Positions 1 to 9,450 of a DNA stretch of 38,955 bases are shown one piece after another. Under the pieces are notes generated by a model. The model was not told the origin of the DNA. It saw only the letters and a program-made list of their open reading frames with translations, and searched no databases. Location: IMG/VR virus record IMGVR_UViG_2939127364_000004. One strand, written 5' to 3'. The position numbers and the translations under genes are program-made. The first letter of the stretch is position 1, and every line of letters begins with the position of its first letter. Origin of the DNA: a virus. Taxonomy: Duplodnaviria; Heunggongvirae; Uroviricota; Caudoviricetes.

Positions 1-234
1 ATGAAATCAAAAGACACCCTAAAGTGGTTCCCTGCGCAGCTTCCTGAAGTAAGAATTATCCTAGGGGATGCTGTAGTGGAAGTAGCAAAACAGGGAAGAC
101 CTATCAATACCAGAACATTGCTTGATTACATTGAAGGAAACATAAAGAAAAAATCATGGCTGGATAACAAAGAATTATTACAAACAGCGATATCAGTTCT
201 TAAAGACAACCAAAATTTAAATGGTAAAATGTAA
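1..234 (+). CDS. ynaE: YnaE/YdfK-family small protein (77 aa) that flanks pin in Rac/Qin prophages
   Basis: Complete ORF, ATG at 1 and TAA at 232-234; 77 aa; sequence and position directly upstream of pin match recollection of the ynaE/ydfK paralog family. Confidence 0.5.
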   Translation: MKSKDTLKWFPAQLPEVRIILGDAVVEVAKQGRPINTRTLLDYIEGNIKKKSWLDNKELLQTAISVLKDNQNLNGKM

Positions 235-550
235 TATAATAAACTTACTTTTTTATCATTTTTCCACTTTAACAACATTTTGCTCCACTTTTCCACGACC
301 AAACAACTTGAAATCTGGTTAAAATAACACGCAACACTATTCTTCTTCCTTGAGTCCGCCCGGAACTCGAAAAACAAACCGAGTTAAAGCCATTTTTCAC
401 AAAATCGATTTTGGGTCTCACCAAAATTACGGGGTTGCATACGCATTCGTTTATTTTCGAACGTGTACATACAAATATGCACAAAAATAATCATAATTAT
501 TTTCTGAGATGCATTATGATATGAACACCAATTTCGTATAGAGTCTCACT

Positions 551-1081
551 ATGTCTCAAATTTTTGCTTACTGTCGGATATCAACGCTGGATCAGACCAC
601 CGAAAATCAACGCCGGGAAATCGAAAGTGCAGGTTTTAAAATCAAACCTCAGCAAATAATCGAAGAACACATTAGTGGCTCAGCAGCAACCAGTGAGCGT
701 CCTGGTTTTAACCGGTTGCTTGCTCGCCTGAAATGTGGTGATCAATTGATTGTGACAAAACTGGATCGCCTTGGTTGTAATGCAATGGATATCAGGAAAA
801 CAGTGGAACAACTGACCGAAACAGGTATCAGAGTGCATTGCTTAGCATTGGGGGGCATTGACCTGACCAGTCCAACAGGAAAAATGATGATGCAAGTAAT
901 TTCAGCAGTCGCTGAATTTGAACGAGACCTTTTACTTGAACGCACTCATTCCGGGATAGTAAGAGCCCGCGGCGCAGGGAAACGTTTTGGTCGACCACCT
1001 GTGTTAAATGAAGAACAGAAACAGGTGGTATTCGAACGAATTAAGGAAGGTGCGAATAAGTACCCTCCGCAACGAAAATGA
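551..1081 (+). CDS. pinR: Serine DNA invertase (Pin/Gin/Hin family), C-terminally truncated: HTH DNA-binding domain replaced by IS5-IR-derived codons
   Basis: N-terminal resolvase catalytic domain ([11 protein letters not shown] ... KLDRLGCN ... [21 protein letters not shown]); reading frame runs into GGAAGGTGCGAATAAG at 1045 and stops at 1079-1081, about 20 aa short of full-length PinR/PinQ as recalled. Confidence 0.75.
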   Translation: MSQIFAYCRISTLDQTTENQRREIESAGFKIKPQQIIEEHISGSAATSERPGFNRLLARLKCGDQLIVTKLDRLGCNAMDIRKTVEQLTETGIRVHCLALGGIDLTSPTGKMMMQVISAVAEFERDLLLERTHSGIVRARGAGKRFGRPPVLNEEQKQVVFERIKEGANKYPPQRK

Positions 1082-1153
1082 AACTTTTAGTCAATTAAAT
1101 TCAATCACTTACATAGGCGTTTTTTTGCGTTTGGTGACTTATTCGCACCTTCC
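1045..1153. mobile_element. IS5 terminal-inverted-repeat remnant: two 16-bp IS5 IRs in inverted orientation around a 77-bp non-IS5 spacer, no target-site duplication
   Basis: GGAAGGTGCGAATAAG at 1045-1060 and its exact reverse complement CTTATTCGCACCTTCC at 1138-1153; identical to the IR at the right end of the intact IS5 at 17503-17518; flanks TTAA and CAAG differ. Confidence 0.6.
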
Positions 1154-1457
1154 CAAGAGTCTCTGCATAAGGAAGGTTATTCTGGATATAAATAACTCCG
1201 TAATTTGCAGCTTTCGAAATAACCCCGATCCCACGCTGAACCGCAATCGTACCGTTCGGATCCACGTTATCAGATATACCAAAATCGGGATGCTGTAACG
1301 ACACCAGGTTGTTATTTCTGAAACGTCCGGTATCAACCGGAGCAGCAATATCAATAGCAGTAAGAATCTGCATAGCGATGTAGCGAATTTTCAGCCCCAC
1401 ATCTTCCTCAATCATCCCGGCAAATATTGACGGTTCTATATCCCATGCCTTTGCCAT
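1101..1457 (-). pseudogene. Phage head-completion / head-tail joining protein whose last ~18 codons are encoded by the IS5-IR remnant (fusion/truncation)
   Basis: ATG at 1457 directly after stop of upstream gene; C-terminal GKVRISHQTQKNAYVSD is translated from the IR and 77-bp spacer; last gene of head operon before the deletion junction. Confidence 0.4.
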
Positions 1458-1841
1458 TTACGCTCTCCTTAACTGGATAGAGTAAACTGATGCGGAAGGA
1501 TCTACACTCGCTGTAATTACCTCGTATCGTTGTAACTGCCTTAATACAGGATCATAAATCTCAATAATATGGTCGACAGCGGATTTATCCGTAACCTCGC
1601 ATACCAGAGCGGTTAATTTAAGGTCACCATGCAAAATATTAATCCCATCAATTCTGCCCAGCTTATAACGTGTCAACACGCCTCGCCCGGTATAGATTGC
1701 GGTGGATTCGCCGCCAGTTTCCGTCACAGGATCCCAGTGCCGGTGCGTAACGTAAGAACCAGAAAAATCACTCACGGCGTCCGCTAAATCCTCATCAAAA
1801 GCAGCGGCAACCTCTGACTGAATCTCTTCACGAAGCCCCAT
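1458..1841 (-). CDS. Hypothetical phage head-tail protein (127 aa)
   Basis: ORF in head operon; start ATG 1841 overlaps stop of upstream gene by 1 nt (TAATG). Confidence 0.45.
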   Translation of the reverse strand: MGLREEIQSEVAAAFDEDLADAVSDFSGSYVTHRHWDPVTETGGESTAIYTGRGVLTRYKLGRIDGINILHGDLKLTALVCEVTDKSAVDHIIEIYDPVLRQLQRYEVITASVDPSASVYSIQLRRA

Positions 1842-2236
1842 TATCCCCCCCTCACAACCCTGACTTGTGAGCGACTAAGTCCGTACGGTTTCAGCAGTGC
1901 TATCGCAAGCTGTAAATCGGGTTCAAGCAATACAGTGCTGTTTGCTGGCAACTCAGCAAATGATTTCGATACACTGACCCCGTCAGCCGACACGGCTTTA
2001 CTGATAACAACGCCAGAATCATTTTTCTGCTGAAACAACTTACCGAATGAGGCAATTCTGGCTGCATATGCTCCCGCAAGTTTTACCTCTTCCGGAATAC
2101 GGGATGGGTTAATTTTCAGGTTGAAGCCATTAAGCCAGGCATTAGCCATTAAAACAGCTTTATTTTTAGCGTTCTCACTCGTCCAGGCGTTCCCAAACGC
2201 ATTATCAACGTCATCACAGGTCACGTAAGTGATCAT
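1841..2236 (-). CDS. Putative head-tail connector / DNA-packaging protein (gp6-like, 131 aa)
   Basis: ORF with AGGAG SD 7 nt upstream of ATG 2236; position after coat gene; weak resemblance to gp6-like connector N-termini. Confidence 0.4.
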   Translation of the reverse strand: MITYVTCDDVDNAFGNAWTSENAKNKAVLMANAWLNGFNLKINPSRIPEEVKLAGAYAARIASFGKLFQQKNDSGVVISKAVSADGVSVSKSFAELPANSTVLLEPDLQLAIALLKPYGLSRSQVRVVRGG

Positions 2237-2239
2237 GTG

Positions 2240-2416
2240 TTACTCCTGAGTTTTCCAGCCCATAGCCTTCCAGTTGTCAACTTCATCAGGATGAACATTA
2301 GCGATAGTTGGTGCGCCGGGAAACATCTGATAATCGGTCACCATAACCACTAACTCAATTTGCGTTTTTTGTGCGGCTTCACGCTGTGCTCTTTGCTCTT
2401 TAGTTAATCCGGCCAT
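2240..2416 (-). CDS. Small phage protein (58 aa) between coat and connector genes, not in the supplied ORF track
   Basis: ATG at 2416 preceded by GGAGGG SD; translates MAGLTKEQRAQREAAQKTQIELVVMVTDYQMFPGAPTIANVHPDEVDNWKAMGWKTQE without internal stop; 3' end overlaps the SD of the next gene. Confidence 0.3.
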   Translation of the reverse strand: MAGLTKEQRAQREAAQKTQIELVVMVTDYQMFPGAPTIANVHPDEVDNWKAMGWKTQE

Positions 2417-2426
2417 ATGCCCTCCA

Positions 2427-2450
2427 TTAAAAATGGGGCCGAAGCCCCGT
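2427..2450 (-). terminator. Intrinsic terminator after major capsid gene (GGGGC-UUCG-GCCCC hairpin plus U-run)
   Basis: On minus strand ACGGGGCTTCGGCCCCATTTTTAA immediately 3' of coat stop at 2459. Confidence 0.55.
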
Positions 2451-2458
2451 TTGAATGT

Positions 2459-3598
2459 TTAACCAAGAATCAGACAACCATGTGCCGGCTTCACTGATGA
2501 AACACCCCATGCCAGTCCAACTTCATAGCGCACCTGGCGATACTGACGATACAGTGCAATCTGGAACGTAATCCCTGAAATCGGGTCCGTAACATTCATT
2601 ACATCATCAGCATTATCGCCACCTTCCGGCATTGCCGGAGTACGGGATGCCAGCAGAAACGCGTTGCGATCAAACGCCATATTTGCCGTAAAGGCCCCAA
2701 CAACTGTGATGGCAGTATCATCGGCCAGATCCTGACGCAGTCCGGGCGCTGCAAGAGTAATCAGATTGCTGGTCGCTGCTGCCACAACATACTGATTCGG
2801 ATCACCAGCGAACGTAACAATCTGCCCTGCAGAAATACTCCCCGAACCAGTATCAATGGAAATAAGAACATCGCCTTCTTTTTTCTCTCCATTCACGAGA
2901 TAACCAGTTGCAGCAACCTTTGGCGCTCGTTTCACACCTGCCGAACTGTGAATATTGAATCCCTCCAGACGCCCCAACACGCCCTCACGCAGTAGCTGTT
3001 CAGTGCCGGATTCATTCACTTTAAACAATACAGACTGTTTTCCGCGCAAATTAGCAATGGCAGTGGAGCCAAGCACCATCTGCAGATCGGTTGTCGGTGC
3101 GCCGTTATCCTCCAGAACCTGACGAGCCAGAGCAGCATCAGAAAGATCATCTTTAACACCAAACGGCGTTGTCCCTGCGGTTCCCACGGCGCGGGAAGCA
3201 CCGAAATACAACGCACCAAGATCAGCCTCAACCTCGTTTGCAAGGGCGCGAAAAGCCTGCTTGAACTGATCAGCCAGAATGGTGTTGTAAGTCCCTGAAG
3301 GGCCAAGAGCCAGTTGTTCTTCACCATTCCATTTAACCGGTGCCATTTTGGATTTAGTAATTTTTACATCAACAGTGCCAATATTTTGATCACCGGTATT
3401 CGGAGCTGACGGCCCCGGTACGATATCTTCGGTTTTCGCCTCAGGCGCAACTGGCGCGGTTACCGTCTGATCTTTTGCTGCGGCGTCAGCTTTTGCGTTT
3501 TTTGCTACCGCAGGGATAAAACCTACCTGCTCACGGGATACAACATCCAGGGCGGTATAAATAGTCGGGATCAACCCGGTCAGGGTATTTCCAGCCAT
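2459..3598 (-). CDS. Major capsid (coat) protein
   Basis: 379-aa ORF from ATG 3598 (SD AAGGAATAT) rather than the extended ORF start at 3691; follows scaffold gene and is followed by a strong terminator; Ala/Gly-rich capsid-like composition. Confidence 0.65.
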   Translation of the reverse strand: MAGNTLTGLIPTIYTALDVVSREQVGFIPAVAKNAKADAAAKDQTVTAPVAPEAKTEDIVPGPSAPNTGDQNIGTVDVKITKSKMAPVKWNGEEQLALGPSGTYNTILADQFKQAFRALANEVEADLGALYFGASRAVGTAGTTPFGVKDDLSDAALARQVLEDNGAPTTDLQMVLGSTAIANLRGKQSVLFKVNESGTEQLLREGVLGRLEGFNIHSSAGVKRAPKVAATGYLVNGEKKEGDVLISIDTGSGSISAGQIVTFAGDPNQYVVAAATSNLITLAAPGLRQDLADDTAITVVGAFTANMAFDRNAFLLASRTPAMPEGGDNADDVMNVTDPISGITFQIALYRQYRQVRYEVGLAWGVSSVKPAHGCLILG

Positions 3599-3696
3599 AA
3601 TTAAATATTCCTTAAAAATTTGCGTAATTGTGAATAGATGGAGTAATGAGCTATCCAGCCCTGACACCAGCTCCCATCCGGAAGCTGACAAATGTG

Positions 3697-4461
3697 TTAA
3701 TCAACGATTGTGATACCGTCTTTCAATGCGTTTTGCTTACCTGCAACATCCAGTGCATCAAAAGCAGAGCGTTTCATCGTTTTCTGACCAATATCATGCT
3801 GTGTCGGACGGGAGCCGCCGCCATTGTTGCCACTGGCTTTCAGGATGTAGTCTTTCTGAGGGTAATTTTCGACAAGGAACTCCAGCGCCTCATCAAACTG
3901 CGCCAGTTCGCCAGGCTTCGCGCGGGAATAAATTTTGTTGCCGGAAGCGTCATAAGCAACGATCCTCCCTTCTTCCACTTTGAATGCCTGCCCGAAGCGG
4001 GCTTGTAATAAATCTGCCGGGATCGCAATTTTATCGGCAATATATTTTGAACCCGCAAAACTACCGCCAATCATAGAATCGTAAAGCTGCTTCTCCAGCA
4101 TCTGAGAGCGTTGCTTTTCTTCATCTAATTGCTGCTGAAAATTTTTCGTAATTTCTGCCTTAACCTGGTCAACCTGTCCCGCATCGAGCAGCTTTTTCTG
4201 GTCGATTTTTGACAGCATTTCCAGTGCCTCGATCGCCTTCTTCGGGTCTTCGATAGCGGCAAACTTAGCCAGTTTTTCCTCTGCAGCTTCTTTAGCCAGG
4301 CGATGATTTTTTGCCTCGCCATTAAGCTCTGTAATTTTTTTTGTCGCCAGCGGTGCATCGAAGCCAATTTCTTTACCATCGTCGTGCACATAAACTGGCA
4401 GGCCAGCAGTATCAATTTCTGCGTATTGTTTTCCGTTAATCTCGACCGTTTTCAGTTTCAT
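3697..4461 (-). CDS. Scaffolding protein
   Basis: 254-aa ORF from internal ATG 4461 (MKLKTVEING), charged coiled-coil-like sequence (EKQRSQMLEKQLYD), located between head-morphogenesis and coat genes. Confidence 0.6.
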   Translation of the reverse strand: MKLKTVEINGKQYAEIDTAGLPVYVHDDGKEIGFDAPLATKKITELNGEAKNHRLAKEAAEEKLAKFAAIEDPKKAIEALEMLSKIDQKKLLDAGQVDQVKAEITKNFQQQLDEEKQRSQMLEKQLYDSMIGGSFAGSKYIADKIAIPADLLQARFGQAFKVEEGRIVAYDASGNKIYSRAKPGELAQFDEALEFLVENYPQKDYILKASGNNGGGSRPTQHDIGQKTMKRSAFDALDVAGKQNALKDGITIVD

Positions 4462-4518
4462 ATTAGTACCTGGTTTAAGTCTTCCGACAGTTACGCTGCT
4501 CACCATCCGGATCGCAGC

Positions 4519-4546
4519 AATAAAAAAGGCCACCCGAAGGTAGCCT
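4519..4546 (-). terminator. Intrinsic terminator/attenuator between head-morphogenesis and scaffold genes (UUCG tetraloop hairpin plus U-run)
   Basis: Minus strand AGGCTACC-TTCG-GGTGGCCT followed by TTTTTTATTG. Confidence 0.45.
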
Positions 4547-4565
4547 GTTGTAATAAATGATTTAT

Positions 4566-5681
4566 TTAAATCCCTGCTTTTCTGAATACCTGTGCATCAC
4601 GCTCACGGAGCTGCTTCAGCGTCAGCCATTCGCCTTTATCGGTGTAAAATTCATCTGGCGACATACCACCATCCCGAATCAGCTTTGCTCGGGTTTCCCC
4701 CACAATCTGTTTTTGTCTGGTGTAAGGCTGACGCAAAAACCATTCCCTGTAGGTTGTATCTCCGGCCACCACGCCATCCATGCTGGCCCGCTCAGCCGGG
4801 GAAATATCGCGAACATCAATACCCAGTTCCTTCGCTGATTTCAGAATGAACGTTTCCGTTGAGCGGCAGCAGAAATGAATTTTTCCCGGCCCCTGCAAAT
4901 AAGGCACGCTGTGACCTACAGGTTTATTATTCAGCGTATATTTGAGGCGATCCCTGATTCGACATTGTGGCGTAGTACGATTATCAAGCGTTGATAACCA
5001 TTGCTTACCCTTAATCAAATCATTATTCGCGCTGGCAAAACTCTCACGGGCAGTAGCAGCAAGATGTCCAACCGCTGTTTTTGCAATGCTGGCCGCATTA
5101 GCCCGGCTCATCTGCAATGCACCATCCTGAAATCCCTTACTGACATGTCCCCGAATTTTTCTTGCGATCTGCTCATTGGTATCCCCCAGCAAAAAACCCT
5201 GACGCACTGTATTTGTTATGCGTCTGAGCCGATCCGCCTCAAGATCTGAGGCCCACTCACTGAGCAGTCGTCCCTGGAATGGTCGCGCCATTGCAGCGGC
5301 ATAAAGTGCATCAGGAGAGATACCAACCAGAGGGTGAACATCAGCAACAAAATCAGGTAGCATAGAATCAAACAGACTTAACTGATAACCAGCCTCATAA
5401 ATTGCCAGCTCGTTCAGCTCTCCGGAGAGACTGGTAAACATGCTGTTAATAGCAGTGCGGTTAACCTTTCTGACGCTCGCCAGAAGTGACTCCAGGCGCT
5501 TAACGGTAAAATTACCTGGATCGAGGCTGTCCAGTGCTATCAGCAGGCGAGCAGTAAGTTCCGCATCGCTGTCATTCAGTATTTTCACCATTCTGGCAGC
5601 CACGCCAGTGCTATAGCGGGATATCCAGACTGCATGAGCAATTGATTCATCACGCAGCCGTTCATTCACGGTTTGCATCAT
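4566..5681 (-). CDS. Phage head morphogenesis protein (Mu gpF / SPP1 gp7 family)
   Basis: 371 aa; C-terminal GKIHFCCRSTE resembles the H-x-NCRC motif of the Mu F-like domain; follows portal with overlap. Confidence 0.65.
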   Translation of the reverse strand: MMQTVNERLRDESIAHAVWISRYSTGVAARMVKILNDSDAELTARLLIALDSLDPGNFTVKRLESLLASVRKVNRTAINSMFTSLSGELNELAIYEAGYQLSLFDSMLPDFVADVHPLVGISPDALYAAAMARPFQGRLLSEWASDLEADRLRRITNTVRQGFLLGDTNEQIARKIRGHVSKGFQDGALQMSRANAASIAKTAVGHLAATARESFASANNDLIKGKQWLSTLDNRTTPQCRIRDRLKYTLNNKPVGHSVPYLQGPGKIHFCCRSTETFILKSAKELGIDVRDISPAERASMDGVVAGDTTYREWFLRQPYTRQKQIVGETRAKLIRDGGMSPDEFYTDKGEWLTLKQLRERDAQVFRKAGI

Positions 5682-7068
5682 TGATTTCCATCAGCATTAC
5701 ACTCTGATTTTTTAATTCATCGATCACTTCCTCTGGACGGGAATCCTGATCGATAAATTTCAACGCCTGCAACACCCGAACCGCATCAATCTGACGTATA
5801 TTACCGCCCTGACGCAATGACTGAACAGCCAGCGCGGAGGATGAGTCAAACACCTGGGCAGATACATCCAGTTCAGTGCGCACATCCACATTGCCACCGC
5901 AACTCTCTCCGATCCATTCCGCCATTATCTGGAGAATATTATCGAGGGCATCTTCGAGGGAGTTCGCCATTGTATAAAGCGGCGAGTTTTCCTGCATTCG
6001 CTCTTCATTAGTCTGATCAACAGATTTGGTGGATGTATTTTCAGCACGCAGAAGTTTAGCGCCGGCATGACGCATCTGATTTTCCAGCTTCTCAAGTGAT
6101 GTTTCGCCAGATTCTATCGCTGCGCCACTATGTTCAACATATTCGAGGCCATTTTTTGTTCTGTCCTCAAAAATCGTAGCGGTGGATGCACCAACCGTCA
6201 GTTCTTCATTCCTGTCCAGCCCGTAGGCCACCAGCAATGGAACGCGGGCAACATGAAGAATATTGTCCTGCTCGCTCTGGCTTTGCCAGTGCTTGATATT
6301 CAGCAAGCCAAGATTAAGCAATGGCGGTGTACCACGCATAAATCCTGTTTTCTTCGTGTACAGTGTTACCAGAGGAATATCATCACGGCTGGTATTCCAT
6401 GACTCATGAAGCGTCCAGACAGATTCGCCATTAGTGCCTTCGCTACGTCGATAAATTTCAACTCGACGGGGCATAATATGGCGGATCTGCTCCACCTTCT
6501 TCTGCCCGAAATCATCACCATCAATAATGATGACCTCTTTTATACGCAAATCAGTGAGAACAACTTTCCCTTTTTCAACTTTCGATTTCCATCCAATAAC
6601 CTGGCGTGGATTCAGCATCGTAACGTACGGACGACCACCGGTCGCGTTTTCATCGGCTTTTGTACGAATCTCTTTCATATCCGTTCGTGGATAGTCCACC
6701 AGCGCATGTGCCACACCATACTGAAATGCGAGGCTGAAAAATTGCTGCGCCCACACATCCAGTCGGCTCCCCTCCATGTCGATATTTTCTGCATATTCCC
6801 TGATTTTTGCCGGCGTTTCCTCACTCAATACTGTCGGCTCTGCAAATATGCGCCCAATATTTTGCTTGATGCTTTCTTCATACACAGGAAGTAGCGTAGC
6901 CACAGACAGGCGTTTTTTATAAGCGTCTTCATCTTCGTTAGGCCATTTTGGGAGATAATTTTCCCCCTGCCTGCGCATTTCAAGCGTACCGCCCATCAGT
7001 GCGTCGTTAATATCCCACGCCTCCAGCATATCGTTATAGTCGAGGTTGGGTGTTGATATATCAGCCAT
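5662..7068 (-). CDS. Portal protein
   Basis: 468-aa ORF immediately downstream of terminase large subunit, ATG 7068; acidic C-terminus; canonical position. Confidence 0.7.
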   Translation of the reverse strand: MADISTPNLDYNDMLEAWDINDALMGGTLEMRRQGENYLPKWPNEDEDAYKKRLSVATLLPVYEESIKQNIGRIFAEPTVLSEETPAKIREYAENIDMEGSRLDVWAQQFFSLAFQYGVAHALVDYPRTDMKEIRTKADENATGGRPYVTMLNPRQVIGWKSKVEKGKVVLTDLRIKEVIIIDGDDFGQKKVEQIRHIMPRRVEIYRRSEGTNGESVWTLHESWNTSRDDIPLVTLYTKKTGFMRGTPPLLNLGLLNIKHWQSQSEQDNILHVARVPLLVAYGLDRNEELTVGASTATIFEDRTKNGLEYVEHSGAAIESGETSLEKLENQMRHAGAKLLRAENTSTKSVDQTNEERMQENSPLYTMANSLEDALDNILQIMAEWIGESCGGNVDVRTELDVSAQVFDSSSALAVQSLRQGGNIRQIDAVRVLQALKFIDQDSRPEEVIDELKNQSVMLMEINDANRE

Positions 7069-7070
7069 AA

Positions 7071-8372
7071 TTAAATCCGAAGTGATGTGACTCTTCCGGT
7101 CGGTTTGACAATAGGGAATTGCTTAACGATGAAATAACCTCCGGCATCATTCGGGTGATCATTGCCAGATTTTTTATCAGGCTCCCCCTTCTCATCCCAG
7201 ACCTGTTGCTCCAGAGATTCGGCATATAACGGGCAACGCTTCACATTAACTTTATAGCGACGCTCACCATTGGCATTGCAGAACATTGCATTCATTGAGT
7301 TAACGCGATCTTTTACTGGCGGGTTCGAGCTGTTCACCACAACGTTAAAACCAGCCTGCTTAAGCTGGGCTATATCCGTCGTACTTGCGTTACTTGATTT
7401 TCTGGAATCCCCGGAAGCATCTGGATAAATATAAATTTCCCTCACTTTCCGGTAATCATTCCCATCATACAGCCAGAAGCGTTCTTTAATGATGCGGATC
7501 ATATCCGGCGTATCGTAGGCATTGATGATTTCAGTTACCGCACATGGAAGCCCCAAACGCAGCACATGGACGATTCCCGCCATCTTTCCAACGTTAAAAT
7601 CCATCCCAATATAAATCGGCTCCCCTGGCTGCTCCACTTCTTCGCAATTATTCAGTTTCCGGTCAAACTGATGGTAAACAGTACCACTTGTCAGGTTAGT
7701 AAACTGTCCTCGAAGATAGGCTTTAATCAGCTCTGGAGGGTATGATTCAAGAAGCGAAGGAATGTAATCTGCTGGCAGGTTCTTTTCATTATCGAAAGTA
7801 GATGCCTGCACCAGACCATACAGTGAGGCCAGCTCTGTTTTTTCACGCACGGCTTTAACAAACTGCTCGTAGACAAATTTGAATCCTTCCGGCGTGGTTG
7901 TAACGTCAATACCGTTGCGAAGTCCATCAATCTTATAACGCATACGTGCAATTATCTTGCGCCACGCCGTTCTGGCTTTTTCCTTCGGCAAAATGTCCAG
8001 TTCATCCACCAACGCATTACCAATTTTGAAACCGACGATCGTTTGTGGCTTCTCCATCGATCTGCAGATAGTGGTTCCCCGATACTGGCGTCCGTAATAA
8101 AAGTGAACCTCTTTATTTCCCTCATTAATTTTTACGTTCAATCCCCAGTCAGCAGCAACTTCTTCCACTGTAGGGTAAAAAATATCGCGAATTTGGGGAT
8201 ACGTTGGCGCAAAATATCCCTGATTTATACCTGGATGCTCCCAAATCCCCTTGCATATGCCGCCACACCCAACCCATGTTTTGCCCGAGCCAAAACCAGC
8301 AATATAGGCTTTAAATTTATGGGGCATTGAAAGAAATCGCGCCTGAGGCACATTAAGCGTCGGAGAGATCAT
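7071..8372 (-). CDS. Terminase large subunit
   Basis: Walker A motif GFGSGKT near N-terminus, nuclease-like C-terminal half; AAGGAG SD gives best spacing (8 nt) to ATG at 8372; ORF track extends to 8381. Confidence 0.85.
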   Translation of the reverse strand: MISPTLNVPQARFLSMPHKFKAYIAGFGSGKTWVGCGGICKGIWEHPGINQGYFAPTYPQIRDIFYPTVEEVAADWGLNVKINEGNKEVHFYYGRQYRGTTICRSMEKPQTIVGFKIGNALVDELDILPKEKARTAWRKIIARMRYKIDGLRNGIDVTTTPEGFKFVYEQFVKAVREKTELASLYGLVQASTFDNEKNLPADYIPSLLESYPPELIKAYLRGQFTNLTSGTVYHQFDRKLNNCEEVEQPGEPIYIGMDFNVGKMAGIVHVLRLGLPCAVTEIINAYDTPDMIRIIKERFWLYDGNDYRKVREIYIYPDASGDSRKSSNASTTDIAQLKQAGFNVVVNSSNPPVKDRVNSMNAMFCNANGERRYKVNVKRCPLYAESLEQQVWDEKGEPDKKSGNDHPNDAGGYFIVKQFPIVKPTGRVTSLRI

Positions 8373-9447
8373 CTTCATCACTCCTTACTCTGGCATCAAC
8401 CACATTAATATTGATCGCCACAGGCTGGGGATGTTCATTATCTTCCACCGTTTCGATCTCTTTGCGCAGCTTCTGGTTTTCCATTCTGCGCCGTTCAATT
8501 TCCAGTTCCTGTAGCCGTTTATCTGCACATAAAGCCCCGCCAGCAGAAAACAAACGCAACAATTCACGCCGGGCGGCAGCCTTATCCTCCAGCAGGATCT
8601 CAACGCCGAATTTTCCGAATTTTGCCCCTGCATATAATTGCCGCGCATCCCCATCAAGCAGAGTGGTATCAGCCATATAAAGCTGTCCCGTTCCCTCACC
8701 GCAGCACTTCGGGCAGTCCGGATTGGGTATGGCGTTATCAACAAAGCCGAGGCCTCCATATTCCGGTTCGGGTTTGCCATCTCTGGAAGCCTGCGCCGCT
8801 GCCTTGTCGAATTCTGCTATATCGCGCCACTGGTAGAGATGATTCTCGCCCCAGCAATAACGGCAGTTAACACGGCGAAATTGTGCAAGCTGATTGGGGT
8901 CGGCCAGGACAATAGCCATCAACTGACTCACTAGTAAATCCAGGTCTGCGGTATAGCGTTTCTGGTACTGATTGCGGAAGTAGCTGATAGCGCGAAAAAC
9001 CCTGGCATTTCTAAGCATACGACTGGCGTTGCTGTTAGCTGTCGCACCTTGCCCCTCATAACCGGCTAGTCGGTACGCCTCTGTCGGCTTTTTACCCTGA
9101 GCAACAAGCATCGCAAACTTAGCCTGCTGGTCAGAAATGCCGAATTCATCGGGACAGAACGAAAATTCCTCCGCGTCGCCCTCATTCAGGCCCGCATCGA
9201 ATACTGGCTTTTTTTCCTGAGATTTTTCGTTCCGCTTTTGTGCAGTCTGCGCAGATTTTTTCTGCGCACTTTTTTGCGCAGTTTTGCACATTTCTGTCTG
9301 CGCATTTTTCGGAGTTTTTTTGATGTAACGACGGGCTGTTGCGTAATTCAGTCCCCTTGCTTCACACCATGCCACCGGAGATATACCGGAGCGGGTGTAT
9401 TCAGCAATATACTCCTGCTGCAACGCCCCCCAGTCCGGTCTGCTCAT
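8353..9447 (-). CDS. Terminase small subunit with long C-terminal extension carrying a Cys cluster
   Basis: N-terminus LQQEYIAEYTRSGISPVAWCEARGLNYATARRY matches TerS HTH pattern; 364 aa is about twice typical TerS length; C-terminal CRYCW ... CPKCCGEG. Confidence 0.6.
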   Translation of the reverse strand: MSRPDWGALQQEYIAEYTRSGISPVAWCEARGLNYATARRYIKKTPKNAQTEMCKTAQKSAQKKSAQTAQKRNEKSQEKKPVFDAGLNEGDAEEFSFCPDEFGISDQQAKFAMLVAQGKKPTEAYRLAGYEGQGATANSNASRMLRNARVFRAISYFRNQYQKRYTADLDLLVSQLMAIVLADPNQLAQFRRVNCRYCWGENHLYQWRDIAEFDKAAAQASRDGKPEPEYGGLGFVDNAIPNPDCPKCCGEGTGQLYMADTTLLDGDARQLYAGAKFGKFGVEILLEDKAAARRELLRLFSAGGALCADKRLQELEIERRRMENQKLRKEIETVEDNEHPQPVAININVVDARVRSDEDDLSDA

Positions 9448-9450
9448 CAG

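Noticed and set aside
407-428. Imperfect palindrome ATTTTGG-GTCTCA-CCAAAAT upstream of pin, considered as a recombinase crossover site
   Set aside because: Does not match gix/hix-type half-sites (TTnTCnnAAACC), is AT-rich and short; in this gene arrangement the invertible segment would be on the 3' side of pin, which has been deleted.
3016-4415. Several 76-120-aa ORFs antisense to or overlapping the coat and scaffold genes (3016-3327, 3646-4008, 3726-3983, 3840-4070, 4125-4415)
   Set aside because: Lie within strongly supported structural genes, lack SD sequences, and have compositions typical of out-of-frame translation.
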